This document shows positions 29,161 to 41,729 of a stretch of DNA of 64,000 nt, piece by piece. The position numbers and the translations under genes are program-made. How positions within the stretch are numbered: position 1 is the first letter of the stretch; every line of letters begins with the position of its first letter. The DNA comes from Nitrospinales bacterium (GTDB taxonomy: Bacteria > Nitrospinota > Nitrospinia > Nitrospinales > VA-1). The stretch covers positions 2,688,001-2,752,000 of the forward strand of contig CBDCXL010000002.1 in assembly GCA_965223795.1 (NCBI GenBank). The letters are read 5' to 3'. The notes below the pieces were generated by a model. The model was not told where the DNA came from. It saw nothing but the letters and a program-made list of their open reading frames with translations, and did no database searches.

Positions 29161-30559
29161 TGGCCCCTCCCTGCATCATGATCAAAGCAAACAGCATCGA
29201 AGACCAGATGGTCACCACCCACCACGCGGGCAGTTCCTGCATGGCGTGTTCCAGGCGTTTTTCGTGCAGATACCAGTGGGTGCCAAGCAGCGCGGTCACC
29301 ACCACGCTCACCTGCAGGATCTCCAGAGTGGAAAGAATCTGCGCTCCGCCGCCGGAAACCGCAAACAGCGATTGCAGCAGTGCCCAGGCCGCCGGAAAAT
29401 CGGCGGCGCGGAAAAACACCCAGGCGATGCTGACGAGTAAAAATGTGAGCAAGCCCAATATAAAACGACCGGCAGCGGTTTTCACCCACGCGGCCGCGGA
29501 AAAAAACTGCCGCAGCAGATGCTCGATCACCAGGAATGCGCCGTGCAGCAGGCCCCAGACGACGAAGGTCCAGGACGCGCCGTGCCACAGGCCGCCCAGG
29601 AACATGGTGAACATGAGGTTGAACAGCGTGCGCCCGGTGCTGTGGCGGCTGCCGCCCAGCGGGATGTAGAGATAATCGCGCAGCCAGCTGGAAAGGCTGA
29701 TGTGCCATCGCCGCCAGAAATCGGAAAACCCGACGGCGGCATAGGGCGAACGGAAATTGTCGGGCAGGATGAACCCCAGGCACAGCGCGGCGCCGATGGC
29801 GGTGGTCGAGTAGCCGGCGAAATCGCAGAAAATCTGCGCGGAAAAAGCCAGGACTCCGAGCCAGGCGTCGGCAACAAAAAGGGATTCCCCTTTGTGACCG
29901 AAAACGCTGTCCGCGGCGGAAGCAAGCAGGCCGTCCGCCAGCACCACTTTCTGGAACAGGCCCAGGGTGATGAAGTAAAGCCCCCAGCCGAACTGATCGC
30001 GCGTGGCGCGTTTGGGTTCTACGCACTGCGGCAGAAAATCGGTGGAGCGCACGATGGGGCCGGCCACCAGCTGCGGAAAGAACGTCACGTACAGCGCGAA
30101 ATCGAGGAACGACTGGCAGCGTTCGGTCTTTTTGAAATACACGTCGAGCGTGTAGGAGAGCGTCTGAAAGGTGTAGAACGAGATGCCGACGGGAAGAACG
30201 ATGCTCGGGGCGGCCGCCTCGAACGGAATTCCGGCGAGGTGCATCAGCGCGACGAAGTTTTCCAGCAGGAATTCCCCGTATTTGAAAAATCCCAGCAGTC
30301 CCAGGTTGACCGCCAGGCTCACCATCAACAGGCCGCGGCGTTTCGCGGGCGCCTCCTGCACCGCGAGGCCTTTGGCGACGTGCCAGTCGACCCAGGTTGA
30401 GACCCAGAGCAGGATGACGAAGGGGGGATTCCACGCGGCGTAAAACAGATAACTGGCGACAAGCAGGATGGATTTCTGCGCGCGCCAGGAGGAAACCGTG
30501 TGATGCAGCGTCAGGACGACCGCGAAAAAAACGAGGAACGTGAGCGAGTTGAACAGCAT
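29135..30559 (-). CDS. MBOAT family O-acyltransferase (AlgI/DltB-like)
   Basis: MLFNSL.F, LPVGISFYTFQ, FFPQLVAGPI.R, DFAGYS, FWRRWHISLSSWLRDYLYIPLGG, GLWHGA and FIYFQF. Confidence 0.95.
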   Translation of the reverse strand: MLFNSLTFLVFFAVVLTLHHTVSSWRAQKSILLVASYLFYAAWNPPFVILLWVSTWVDWHVAKGLAVQEAPAKRRGLLMVSLAVNLGLLGFFKYGEFLLENFVALMHLAGIPFEAAAPSIVLPVGISFYTFQTLSYTLDVYFKKTERCQSFLDFALYVTFFPQLVAGPIVRSTDFLPQCVEPKRATRDQFGWGLYFITLGLFQKVVLADGLLASAADSVFGHKGESLFVADAWLGVLAFSAQIFCDFAGYSTTAIGAALCLGFILPDNFRSPYAAVGFSDFWRRWHISLSSWLRDYLYIPLGGSRHSTGRTLFNLMFTMFLGGLWHGASWTFVVWGLLHGAFLVIEHLLRQFFSAAAWVKTAAGRFILGLLTFLLVSIAWVFFRAADFPAAWALLQSLFAVSGGGAQILSTLEILQVSVVVTALLGTHWYLHEKRLEHAMQELPAWWVVTIWSSMLFALIMMQGGANAFIYFQF

Positions 30560-30565
30560 GAACGG

Positions 30566-30961
30566 TCAAAAATCGGTCTTCTTGTGCAACTGCAGATAGT
30601 ACTTTTCCAGATCCTTGACGGAAAACATGCCCACGATTTCCCCGTTTTGGGTCACCGGAATGTGGCGCACTTTATTTTCATCGATCATGGCGCACACTTT
30701 CGCAACCGGTTCGCTTGCATCGATGGTGTGTTTGATATCGGTCATGATCGTTGCCACCTTGATCGCCTTGGGGTCGCATTCGCCCTTCAGGACCAGAATC
30801 ATCCAGTCCGTCTTGGTGATGATGCCGGCGTACCCGCTGTCATCTTTCACCAGAAGCGCGCTGATGTTGTTCTGGTACATTTTATCGATGGCTTCGTGCG
30901 CGAATTTGTCGGGACTGATGGTGAACAGCTGCGTGCTCATGTGCTTGCCTACGGTGCTCAT
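30566..30961 (-). CDS. CBS-domain pair protein
   Basis: Two CBS units (ISALLV...GIITKTD; VRHIPV...VGMFSVKDL). Confidence 0.9.
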   Translation of the reverse strand: MSTVGKHMSTQLFTISPDKFAHEAIDKMYQNNISALLVKDDSGYAGIITKTDWMILVLKGECDPKAIKVATIMTDIKHTIDASEPVAKVCAMIDENKVRHIPVTQNGEIVGMFSVKDLEKYYLQLHKKTDF

Positions 30962-31181
30962 GGTGAAACTCCTTCTGCCGGATTCAGATATATTTTGAAA
31001 AAGGGTCGGTGATTCTGCACGCCTGGAACATCACTCCACCGGACTGGATGAAGGCCTTGCCTATGCATAAAAGGCCGCCCGTCAGAGAACAGATCGGCCT
31101 GTTGTACCAGAATTTCGGGAAATTGCCAGTCCGGGCCCGATGGGGTGGAACGAAAGTTTGTACTATAACAGAGGTTTGGGC

Positions 31182-32906
31182 TTAAAGATGAACCTGGTTG
31201 CGGAACAGGCTGCCGTATTCGGAATCGATGCCGATCAACTCGTCGTGGACGCCGGTTTCCACCAGTTCGCCTTCCTTGAGCACGAGGATGCGGTCGGCGC
31301 CTTCCAGCGTGGACAGCCGGTGCGCGATGACCAGCGTGGTGCGCCCGGCCATCAGGTCGCTTAAGGCGTCCTTGATCCTGGCTTCGGTCTCGGTGTCGAC
31401 GGTGGCGGTGGCTTCGTCGAGGATCAGGATGGGCGGGTTTTTGAGAAACGCGCGCGCGATGGCGATGCGGTGCTTTTCCCCGCCGGAGAGCTTGACGCCG
31501 CGTTCGCCCACCAGCGTGTCGTAGCCGTCGGGCAGCCTGCGGATGAACTCGTCGGCGTGCGCCGCCTGCGCGGCCTGCCGCACCCGCTCGAACGAGGCGT
31601 CCGGGTCGCCGTACAGGATGTTCTCGGCCACGGTGCGGTTGAACAAAAACGGGTCCTGCGAGACGAGGCCGATCTGCTCGCGCAGGTAGGACAGCTTGAG
31701 ATCCTGGATGCGGTGCCGGTCGAGCCGGACGACGCCTGTGTCCACGTCGTAAAAGCGCATGAGCAGTTTGACCAGCGTCGATTTGCCGCTGCCGGTGTGG
31801 CCGACCAGCGCGATCACCTCGCCGGGCGCGATCTCGAAATCGATGTCGCGCACCGCCGTCTTTTCCGGGATGTAGGAAAACGTCACGCGCTCGAACCGGA
31901 TCCGTCCTTCGAGCGGAACCGGGGGCAGGACCGCATTTTCCGCTTCCTTGACGTCCGGCGCGGCGTCGATGATCTCGAACAGCCGCTCGCCGGAGGCCAG
32001 CGCGTGCTGCAGCATGTGGTTCACCGAATGCAGCTGGTTGATCGGCGTGTAAAACAAAGCCAGATAGCCGATGAACGCCACCAGCGACCCGACGGTGATG
32101 GCGTCGGCGCGCACGAGTCCGATGCCGTAAAACAGAATGAACACCGTGCCCAGGGATCCAAGAAACATCATGGTCGGCGAGTAGATCGCCCACAGGCGCA
32201 TGACCTTGAGGGTGCCGTTGCAGTAGTCCTGGCTGGTGCCGTCGAAGCGCTTCACCTCGTGCGGCTGGCGGTTGAAGGACAGGGTCTCGCGCACGCCGGA
32301 GATGGAATCCTGCAACATGGCGTTCATCTTTGCGGCGCGCTGGCGCACCATGTGGTAGAGGCTGTGCGCCTTGACGGTGTACTTGCACGCGCCCCAGATG
32401 AGAAACGGGATCGGCAGCAGCGAAACCAGCGCGAGCTTCCAGTGCAGGTAAAAGAGAATCGCGGTGATGCCGATGAGCGTGAGCACGGCGGTGACCACCT
32501 GCTCGACGCCGTCGATGAAGATGCGCTCGACGTAGTTCACGTCGTCGTTGACGCGGCTCATCAGCTCGCCGGTGGAGCGGTTCTCGAAATAGCGCATCGA
32601 GAGCCGCTGCAGCGCCCGGTACACCTCAGAGCGCATGTCGAACACCACTTTCTGCTCGACCTTGTTGTTGACCATGATGCGCAGATGGTTGGAATAATTG
32701 CGCGCGAAGTAAACGAAAAGCAGACCGCCGCTGGCCCAGTAGACCCAGTCGGTGCCGCTGTCCGCCACCAGCTCGTCGATGATGACCTTGATCAGCCAGG
32801 GCGGCACCAGATCGAGCAGCGTCGTCAGGATGGCGAAAAACAGGGTCAGCGTGACATAGCGCCGGTACGGCTTCAGATAACTTAAGACTCGGCTCAGCGA
32901 TTTCAT
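31182..32906 (-). CDS. ABC transporter, fused permease/ATPase exporter
   Basis: N-terminal TM domain (TGELMSRVNDDV), Walker A GHTGSGKS, GERGVKLSGGE, LILDEAT and IAHRLST. Confidence 0.95.
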   Translation of the reverse strand: MKSLSRVLSYLKPYRRYVTLTLFFAILTTLLDLVPPWLIKVIIDELVADSGTDWVYWASGGLLFVYFARNYSNHLRIMVNNKVEQKVVFDMRSEVYRALQRLSMRYFENRSTGELMSRVNDDVNYVERIFIDGVEQVVTAVLTLIGITAILFYLHWKLALVSLLPIPFLIWGACKYTVKAHSLYHMVRQRAAKMNAMLQDSISGVRETLSFNRQPHEVKRFDGTSQDYCNGTLKVMRLWAIYSPTMMFLGSLGTVFILFYGIGLVRADAITVGSLVAFIGYLALFYTPINQLHSVNHMLQHALASGERLFEIIDAAPDVKEAENAVLPPVPLEGRIRFERVTFSYIPEKTAVRDIDFEIAPGEVIALVGHTGSGKSTLVKLLMRFYDVDTGVVRLDRHRIQDLKLSYLREQIGLVSQDPFLFNRTVAENILYGDPDASFERVRQAAQAAHADEFIRRLPDGYDTLVGERGVKLSGGEKHRIAIARAFLKNPPILILDEATATVDTETEARIKDALSDLMAGRTTLVIAHRLSTLEGADRILVLKEGELVETGVHDELIGIDSEYGSLFRNQVHL

Positions 32907-33160
32907 GCGTTGTTTTTATAGAGGGAATGCCGTGAATCGGAAACGAGGTCAAACCGGAGGGATTGAGTCACAACTCAAATCAGCCGCGGCGCGCGGCAAA
33001 GGAAATACCCGGTTGGCGGCGGAGGCGTCCGCCTTCTCGATTTTCTCTGCAAACGGTGCTTTTATCATGGTATTTTGCGGGCTGGCGGAAGTCAAGCCCG
33101 GCGGCGCGTTTTCGCCGCGGGGAGCCATGCAACGGGAAAACAGCCATTTGAGGAAGGGAT

Positions 33161-34120
33161 ATGAAATACCGAAAACTCGGCGGCAGCGACCTGGAGGTTT
33201 CCGTGATCGGATTCGGGGCCTGGGGCATCGGCGGCGCGCCGTTCTGGGACAACGAAGGCGATGAAAACAGCGCCCGGTCGATTCTCAAGGCCTACGATCG
33301 GGGCATCAATTTTTTCGACACGGCGCCGGTGTACGGGTTCGGCCATTCCGAGACGCTGCTCGGCAAGACGCTGAAGCCGGTGCGCGACAAGGTCATTCTG
33401 GCCACGAAATGCGGGCTGGTCTGGGAGAAGGAGCAGCTCGGCGCGATTTCAAAAAACGCCAAAAAGGATTCCATCCTGAAAGAGATCGACCAGAGCCTGA
33501 AACGGCTGGACACGGACGTGATCGACCTCTACCAGGTGCATTGGCCGGACGAGAGCACTCCGGCGGAGGAAACGATGGAGGCGCTGCTCAAAATCCAACA
33601 GCAGGGCAAGATCCGCCATATCGGCGTGAGCAATTATTCGCCCCAGCAGATGGCGGACTGCCTGAAATACGGACCGATCGTGTCTTTGCAGCCGGAATAC
33701 AGCCTGCTCAACCGCTCCATCGAAAAGGAAACGATGCCGTTCTGCCGCAAGCACAACATCGGCATCATTGCCTACAGCCCGCTCGCCTCAGGCGTGCTGA
33801 CCGGAAAATACGACAAGGACACCAAGTTCACCGACTGGCGCAGCAAGGGAATCATAGGAACCTTTACCGGCAAGGGCTATGTGCGCAACATCGAAAAGGT
33901 GGATCAGCTCAAATCCGTGGCTCAGGGTGCGGACATGACGTGCGCGCAGTTGGCGGTGAACTGGGTGCTCAGGCAGCCGGGGCTCACCACGGCGCTGGTG
34001 GGTGTGAAGAACGAAAAGCAGGTCGAGGAAAACTTGCCCGCCGTCGGCTGGACGCCGAGCCTGCATCAGGTCGAAGAGATCGAGGCCATCTTCACGACGG
34101 GCAAATCCGGTTGGGGTTGA
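33161..34120 (+). CDS. Aldo/keto reductase
   Basis: IGFGAW, GINFFDTAPVYG, SLKRL.TD.IDLYQVHWPD, GKIRHIGVSN and AYSPLASG.LTGK. Confidence 0.95.
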   Translation: MKYRKLGGSDLEVSVIGFGAWGIGGAPFWDNEGDENSARSILKAYDRGINFFDTAPVYGFGHSETLLGKTLKPVRDKVILATKCGLVWEKEQLGAISKNAKKDSILKEIDQSLKRLDTDVIDLYQVHWPDESTPAEETMEALLKIQQQGKIRHIGVSNYSPQQMADCLKYGPIVSLQPEYSLLNRSIEKETMPFCRKHNIGIIAYSPLASGVLTGKYDKDTKFTDWRSKGIIGTFTGKGYVRNIEKVDQLKSVAQGADMTCAQLAVNWVLRQPGLTTALVGVKNEKQVEENLPAVGWTPSLHQVEEIEAIFTTGKSGWG

Positions 34121-34225
34121 TGGAACCCGCCCAGGGTGGACTGCCTGGCAGCGCCACCCTGGGTGAGTCCGTACGATTCCACTATTTGTTTGCTGTGTCC
34201 ATCGACTGCGGACCTGCTGTTACCG

Positions 34226-35560
<1,335 letters not shown>

Positions 35561-35991
35561 AATGAATTCCTTTAAAAATGCTGGATAAAAGCAGGCAAGC
35601 GGGTCCGGCCTGTTGAAAAGGCGCAAAGACGCAACTTAAGCCCAGAGTTTGAGATTGATTGGGTATTTATTGAGAATAAAGAGGGAAGGGATACAGAAAC
35701 GCGCGAAGGAAGGAATCCGGGAGTTTCAGAACCAGAACGGCGAGCCTTCAAGCTCACCACCACCAATTCTCCAGTAAAATCAATCAACTATACTGAAAGC
35801 AGTCTACCTCAAAGCGGCCGGGGAAGCCAGAAAAATCGGTAATTCAAGGGGAAAACGGCATTTGAGGGCCTGAAACGGCCTGTCGGGGCAGCGTCCTCCA
35901 ACCCAAACCTGGGTTGCAGGTGAACGGTTCAAACTGCGGCCCAATATAAAAATGCGCCCGGATGAGGGTTTCCGGTACGGTCCTTCTACGT

Positions 35992-36561
35992 TCAATCCAC
36001 CTCGTTCTGGGCGATCACGTCGGCGGATTGGGAGTTCTTGGCGCTGGCGGCGGCCTGTCCTTCGTAGGCGGATTGCAGGGCGCGCGAGTGTTTCAAGACG
36101 TCGTTGATCAGCGCCGCGGTCTTCGCGTCTTTCGGATTCAGCCGCGAGATGGCGCTGTTCATGCGGTCCAGCGCCCCGTGCGCGTCGTCCACCGAGATAT
36201 CATCGATGCGCCGGCCCATGTTGTCCAGGCGGCCGTGCAGGTTCTTCTCCATCGCCACCATCTCCTGGTTCATGCGCGACTGCAACTGGTTCATGTGGGT
36301 TTCCACGCTTTCCGTCTGCGCGCGCTGCAGGGCGGAGTTGGTGTAGTAGGAGCCCAGCACCAGCACGATGAGGCCGGTGTACACGAGGATCTTGAGCGTG
36401 GTGTTTTCACTTTTGCGCTTTTGCAGACTGGTTTTCAGCGATTCGATTTCCGAGGAGAAGGTTTCCAGCGTTTTTGTCAGATTCACGATCCGCTCTTCCA
36501 GCATGGCTGCCGGTTCGCCGGAGGAGGCGCCCGCCTCGCTTTCCTTGATGTCTTTTCCCAT
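35992..36561 (-). CDS. Hypothetical single-TM coiled-coil protein
   Basis: SD GAGGTG before ATG 36561; central hydrophobic segment ILVYTGLIVLVLGSYY flanked by heptad-rich helices. Confidence 0.7.
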   Translation of the reverse strand: MGKDIKESEAGASSGEPAAMLEERIVNLTKTLETFSSEIESLKTSLQKRKSENTTLKILVYTGLIVLVLGSYYTNSALQRAQTESVETHMNQLQSRMNQEMVAMEKNLHGRLDNMGRRIDDISVDDAHGALDRMNSAISRLNPKDAKTAALINDVLKHSRALQSAYEGQAAASAKNSQSADVIAQNEVD

Positions 36562-36626
36562 GAATCTCACCTCGCAGATTGTGTCGTTGGCCGATTGCGG
36601 CGATCTGTATTCTTATAAGGGCGGGA

Positions 36627-37412
36627 TCAGAGATCCAGGCCCACCGATCTGAAATAGGTTGCGATAAGGCCGTCGCCCCAGAAGATGGCGATCGCCGTCC
36701 CCGCGGCGAGGAACGGACCGAAGGGGATGAGGCTTTTGCGGCCTTTTTTCTTCACCGCCATCAGCGCCAGGCCGATCACCGAACCCAGCATGGCGCCGGC
36801 GAAGATGACGAGCAGCACTTTCTGCCAGCCGAGCAGCGCGCCCGCCGCGGCGATGAACTTGATGTCGCCGCCGCCCATGCCGCCGCGGCTGAGGACAGCC
36901 AATAAATAAAACAGCCCGCCTCCCAGAAGGAAGCCGAACAGCGAATCCCAGACGCCGTTGAGATAGGTCCCGGCGGCGAACCCCAGCACGATCCCCGGCA
37001 GGGTGATTTTGTCGGGGATGATCTGGTGCTGGATGTCGATGACGGTGATGATGACGAGCGTGAAGCAGACCACGCCGTAAATCAGGGCTTCCAGGGTGAA
37101 GCCGAATTTCAGGTACACCGCCGTGAGCAAAAGTGCGGTGACCAGCTCGATCGCGGGATAAATGATGGATATCGGTTCGCCGCACTGGCGGCATTTCCCG
37201 CCCAGAAACGCGTAGCTCAGCACCGGGATGTTGTCGATCGCCCGGATGGGCGTGTTGCAGGCGGTGCAGTGCGACGCGGGCAGGACGACGGATTCCTTGC
37301 GCGGCATCCGGTAGATGCAGACGTTGGAGAAGCTGCCCAGAATCAAACCGAACATGAATACGATGGCCATGTCCACAGGATAAGGGATGGATGCGGGAAA
37401 TTCCACCGTCAA
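36627..37412 (-). CDS. pilD: Prepilin peptidase (A24A)
   Basis: GSFSNVCIYRMP, two CxxC pairs, IDIQHQIIPD, GMGGGDIK and IPFGPFL. Confidence 0.93.
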   Translation of the reverse strand: MTVEFPASIPYPVDMAIVFMFGLILGSFSNVCIYRMPRKESVVLPASHCTACNTPIRAIDNIPVLSYAFLGGKCRQCGEPISIIYPAIELVTALLLTAVYLKFGFTLEALIYGVVCFTLVIITVIDIQHQIIPDKITLPGIVLGFAAGTYLNGVWDSLFGFLLGGGLFYLLAVLSRGGMGGGDIKFIAAAGALLGWQKVLLVIFAGAMLGSVIGLALMAVKKKGRKSLIPFGPFLAAGTAIAIFWGDGLIATYFRSVGLDL

Positions 37413-37446
37413 TCCTTGTATCTATTTGATTTATTTGAATTTTTCT

Positions 37447-37974
37447 TCAAATTCCGTTGAAATCCCGCAGGTTTCGGTTGGATCCGCTCATCCCGTCCTC
37501 ACCGCCCGGTACGGTTTCCCGGAGGACGGCATAAACCGTGTGGGTGTCGAAGCCTTTGCCGTAGAGGTGCTGCGCCAGCCTGCGCCGCTGAATTTCATGG
37601 CCGAGGCCCCGCATCGTGGTGAGTTTTTTGTCGGCGCATTGCCGGGCCAGGGCGGTTTCATCCATTTCGGCAAACAGGGCGTTCACGGTGTCTTCGATGA
37701 TCCCGGCATCGAGCTGTTTTTGATACAACTCCTGGCGCAGCCTGCGCGCCCCGATCTTGCGCGCGTTGATACGGGAGCGGCCCCAGTTGAGCGCGAAGCG
37801 GGCGTCGTCGATGTGGTTGCAATCCTTCAAGCGTGCGAGGGCTCCCTCAACGGCGGCTTCGGAAAATCCTTTCACACGCAGCTTGTCCTTGAGCTGCGCC
37901 TCGCTCAGGTCGCGGCGGGACAGAATTTTCATCGCCTGGGAGTGGGCCCGCTTCACTTCCTCTATGTCGGGCAT
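37447..37974 (-). CDS. recX: Regulatory protein RecX
   Basis: AMKILSRRD.SE.QL..KL, IDDARFA, GARRLRQEL.QK and L.GKGF; downstream of recA. Confidence 0.88.
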   Translation of the reverse strand: MPDIEEVKRAHSQAMKILSRRDLSEAQLKDKLRVKGFSEAAVEGALARLKDCNHIDDARFALNWGRSRINARKIGARRLRQELYQKQLDAGIIEDTVNALFAEMDETALARQCADKKLTTMRGLGHEIQRRRLAQHLYGKGFDTHTVYAVLRETVPGGEDGMSGSNRNLRDFNGI

Positions 37975-38069
37975 GCGGCCGGTCCGTGTTCACGCATGGA
38001 GTTGTTTTTGGTCGACGGTGCAACGTGTACCCGCGCCGTCCGGCATTCCATCTTTCGTTTTGCCGGGCT

Positions 38070-39170
<1,101 letters not shown>

Positions 39171-39207
39171 TCGGCCTCCTTCTGGTTGGTGTGTGCGCTG
39201 GTTGTGT

Positions 39208-39795
39208 TTACGGGTTGTGCATTGTCGGGCCCGCCAAGGGAAATTCCTTGAGCGGTGTGTAGACGGCCCCCTTTGGGGTCAACTCGCTTTGATACAGCTT
39301 TATGCGATCGGCGCGGAACGGGGCGGTGTCCACGGCCGGGCCGGTTTTGAGTTTCTGCTTCAGCTTCCGGTTGTCCCTTGAGGATTTGAACCGTGCCAGG
39401 GTGAGATGGGGGATTGCCTGTTTCTTCTCTCCGGCAAACCCCAGGGAACGCAAGCGGGCGTCGATCGCTTTCATAAGGGAAACCAGGATGCCCTGAGTGT
39501 CTTCAACGCCCAGCCACAGAACCCGGGGCCGGTTCGGATTGGGGAACACACCGGGCGGACCCAAAGACAGGAGCGGAGGCGCGAACAGCGGGGTGATTTC
39601 CTGCATCTCAGATTCAATTTCCGGGATGGTCTGGGGGCGGGTGTTTCCCAAGAATTTAAGGGTCAAATGAAAATTCACCGGTTCGACCCACCGTGCGTCC
39701 AGGTTCAGGGTTTTGAAGCTGTTCTGGACCTCTGCAATCGTTTCCCGGGTGCCGTTCGGAATATCAATAGCGAGAAATAACCTCAGAGCGTCCAC
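39208..39795 (-). CDS. thpR: RNA 2',3'-cyclic phosphodiesterase (2H family)
   Basis: [19 protein letters not shown] and PHLTLAR (two HxT motifs); commonly found next to recA. Confidence 0.92.
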   Translation of the reverse strand: MDALRLFLAIDIPNGTRETIAEVQNSFKTLNLDARWVEPVNFHLTLKFLGNTRPQTIPEIESEMQEITPLFAPPLLSLGPPGVFPNPNRPRVLWLGVEDTQGILVSLMKAIDARLRSLGFAGEKKQAIPHLTLARFKSSRDNRKLKQKLKTGPAVDTAPFRADRIKLYQSELTPKGAVYTPLKEFPLAGPTMHNP

Positions 39796-40146
39796 AGTCT
39801 ATCAAGGCCTCCGAAACGTTGTCAAACGCAATCCCTTGGTATCAGTATTCCCGTGTTTTGCAACAAAATTATCGACATCGAGTTTTGAGCGGCGTGCGGT
39901 ATTTCAAAGATCGCGCGGCGATGCACGTGGATGACTCACTCCATTTGCCTGCGGTTGTGAAACCGGCAACCCCCCGGTTCGCCTGTTTAGACGCAATCCG
40001 CTTTTTCGCGCGGCGTGGCAGAAAATTCGTTCGGCGCACGGAATTCCAATGATTATATGGTTTTCGGAATTTGAAACTGTGATAGGATCGATGCATGCAC
40101 ATCCAACAATCAGCAGGAGAAAAGTGATTTTCTCCAGGAGGTCAGA

Positions 40147-40359
40147 ATGGAGTTTTTGAAGAAAGCGGCGGTCGTTCTCATTCTTTCACTGTTCGTTGCG
40201 GCGTTCGTGGGCTGCAAGGAAAAAGGCCCCGCCGAGAAAGCCGGTGAAAAGATCGACGAGACCATGAAGAAGGCCGGCAGTGAACTGGACAAGGCCGGTG
40301 AAAAAATAGGCGAGACCGTGGAAGAAGCCGGAGACAAAGCCAAAGAGGCGATGGAATAA
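40147..40359 (+). CDS. Small lipoprotein with AGEKID-type repeats
   Basis: SD AGGAGG, lipobox FVGC, and repeats GPAEKAGEKIDE / KAGEKIGE / EAGDKAKE. Confidence 0.85.
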   Translation: MEFLKKAAVVLILSLFVAAFVGCKEKGPAEKAGEKIDETMKKAGSELDKAGEKIGETVEEAGDKAKEAME

Positions 40360-40382
40360 TCTTTTCGGTCTCCACATTCCAG

Positions 40383-40430
40383 ACCGCTCCGTTCCGGTGT
40401 CCCGCACAGGGGCGGGGCGGGTTTTTTTTT
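40383..40430 (+). terminator. Rho-independent terminator
   Basis: CCGCTCCGTTCC...GGGGCGGGGCGG stem (with G-U pairs) followed by nine T. Confidence 0.6.
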
Positions 40431-40696
40431 GCCCCCAGAACGCTCGCACCCGCTGTCTTTTGTGATTTTATGTCTTGCTGCGCCTTGCCGCCGGAGCAAA
40501 CCTGTTGTTCCGGTCCTTCCTGAATGCGGCCGCTGCGTTATTCCTCATTAAAACCCCTGAATGCCGCTTTTTTTGCCCGGTTGTGAGAAAAAAACCACCT
40601 CCCTGTAATTCGGAAGACTCCCATTTTCTTCCGCATTTGGTATAATTGATTTAAGTATGTGATTTTAAATAAGTTACTAACGGGGAGGCTGGCGCG

Positions 40697-41608
40697 ATGC
40701 GGGATGTTTGCACCCGAAACCGGTGGCGAAGGGTCTTTATCATTGTCTCAGCGCTTGCGCTTTTAGGCTGCGGAGCGCCCAAGGCCGAGGTGGACACGGC
40801 GATGAAGTTCCGGTCGGGTATGGACAAGCTCAAACCCGAAAAGGTGGTGGAGCTTGAAACGGTCCCCGTCGATTTCACCGACGACAATCAGGAGCGGGGG
40901 GATTTTGACCGCGACGATCTTGAGGCGCGTTTTGAAGACGCCCCCCGAACCACGGTGTTCAAGGGATCGTTTTTCGTCATGAACAACGACCAGCTCGACG
41001 ACGTGGATGAAAAAAAGGAGGCCATGGCGTGGGCAATGCACGGGAACTGGTGCGGCCAGAACCGGCCTTTGGGGGGCAGCACGCCGGAGACGGTGGACGA
41101 TCTGGATCTGGTGTGCAAGGCCCATAAAATCTGCCTGCGCAAAAGCTGGGACAGAAACTGCAACTGCGACGACCGCCTGCTGCAGCACCTGCAAGCGCTG
41201 GACTCGATCGAGCCGGAAACCAGGGCGAACATGATCGAGTATTACAGCCATTCACGCTGTGTGTTCAAATGCCGGTATCTGGTGAAATGGAAGGACGGCT
41301 ACCTGTTCCATAAAGGGGACGGCCGGGTTCCGGACAACATCAAGGAGCAGTTCGGCGGGCTCTCCTGGAGCGTGTCCAAGCTGGGCGGTTCCGGCGCGGA
41401 AAAATACATGAGCCTGTCACGCGATTTCAACAATTTCGTCTGCATCGAGGACAAAAAGGTGCTGGATGATTTTCTGCAGTGCGCGCGCAACCGGCCCGGC
41501 TCGCTGTACCGCCTTGCGTGTCTCAAAGACAGCTACATCAAAAAAGGCATCGTGATGGATGTGGACCTCGACGCGGAAGCGGTGCGGGACACGCACATCG
41601 CCCGGTGA
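40697..41608 (+). CDS. Lipoprotein with a secreted-phospholipase-A2-like Cys-rich domain
   Basis: Lipobox LLGC; HGNWCG...VDDLDLVCKAHKIC...CNCDDRLL resembles the sPLA2 YGxxCG / DxxCxxHDxC / CD pattern. Confidence 0.7.
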   Translation: MRDVCTRNRWRRVFIIVSALALLGCGAPKAEVDTAMKFRSGMDKLKPEKVVELETVPVDFTDDNQERGDFDRDDLEARFEDAPRTTVFKGSFFVMNNDQLDDVDEKKEAMAWAMHGNWCGQNRPLGGSTPETVDDLDLVCKAHKICLRKSWDRNCNCDDRLLQHLQALDSIEPETRANMIEYYSHSRCVFKCRYLVKWKDGYLFHKGDGRVPDNIKEQFGGLSWSVSKLGGSGAEKYMSLSRDFNNFVCIEDKKVLDDFLQCARNRPGSLYRLACLKDSYIKKGIVMDVDLDAEAVRDTHIAR

Positions 41609-41729
41609 CGTTTCTCCATGACGGCACACGGTTGTTAAAGCGACGGTCGAGGGTTCCGCAGTTGCAGAGCCCTGCCTGGAAAAATCAGCTGACAACAGTT
41701 CCGGCCGGTTTGAATTCCGGCTGCGGCGG

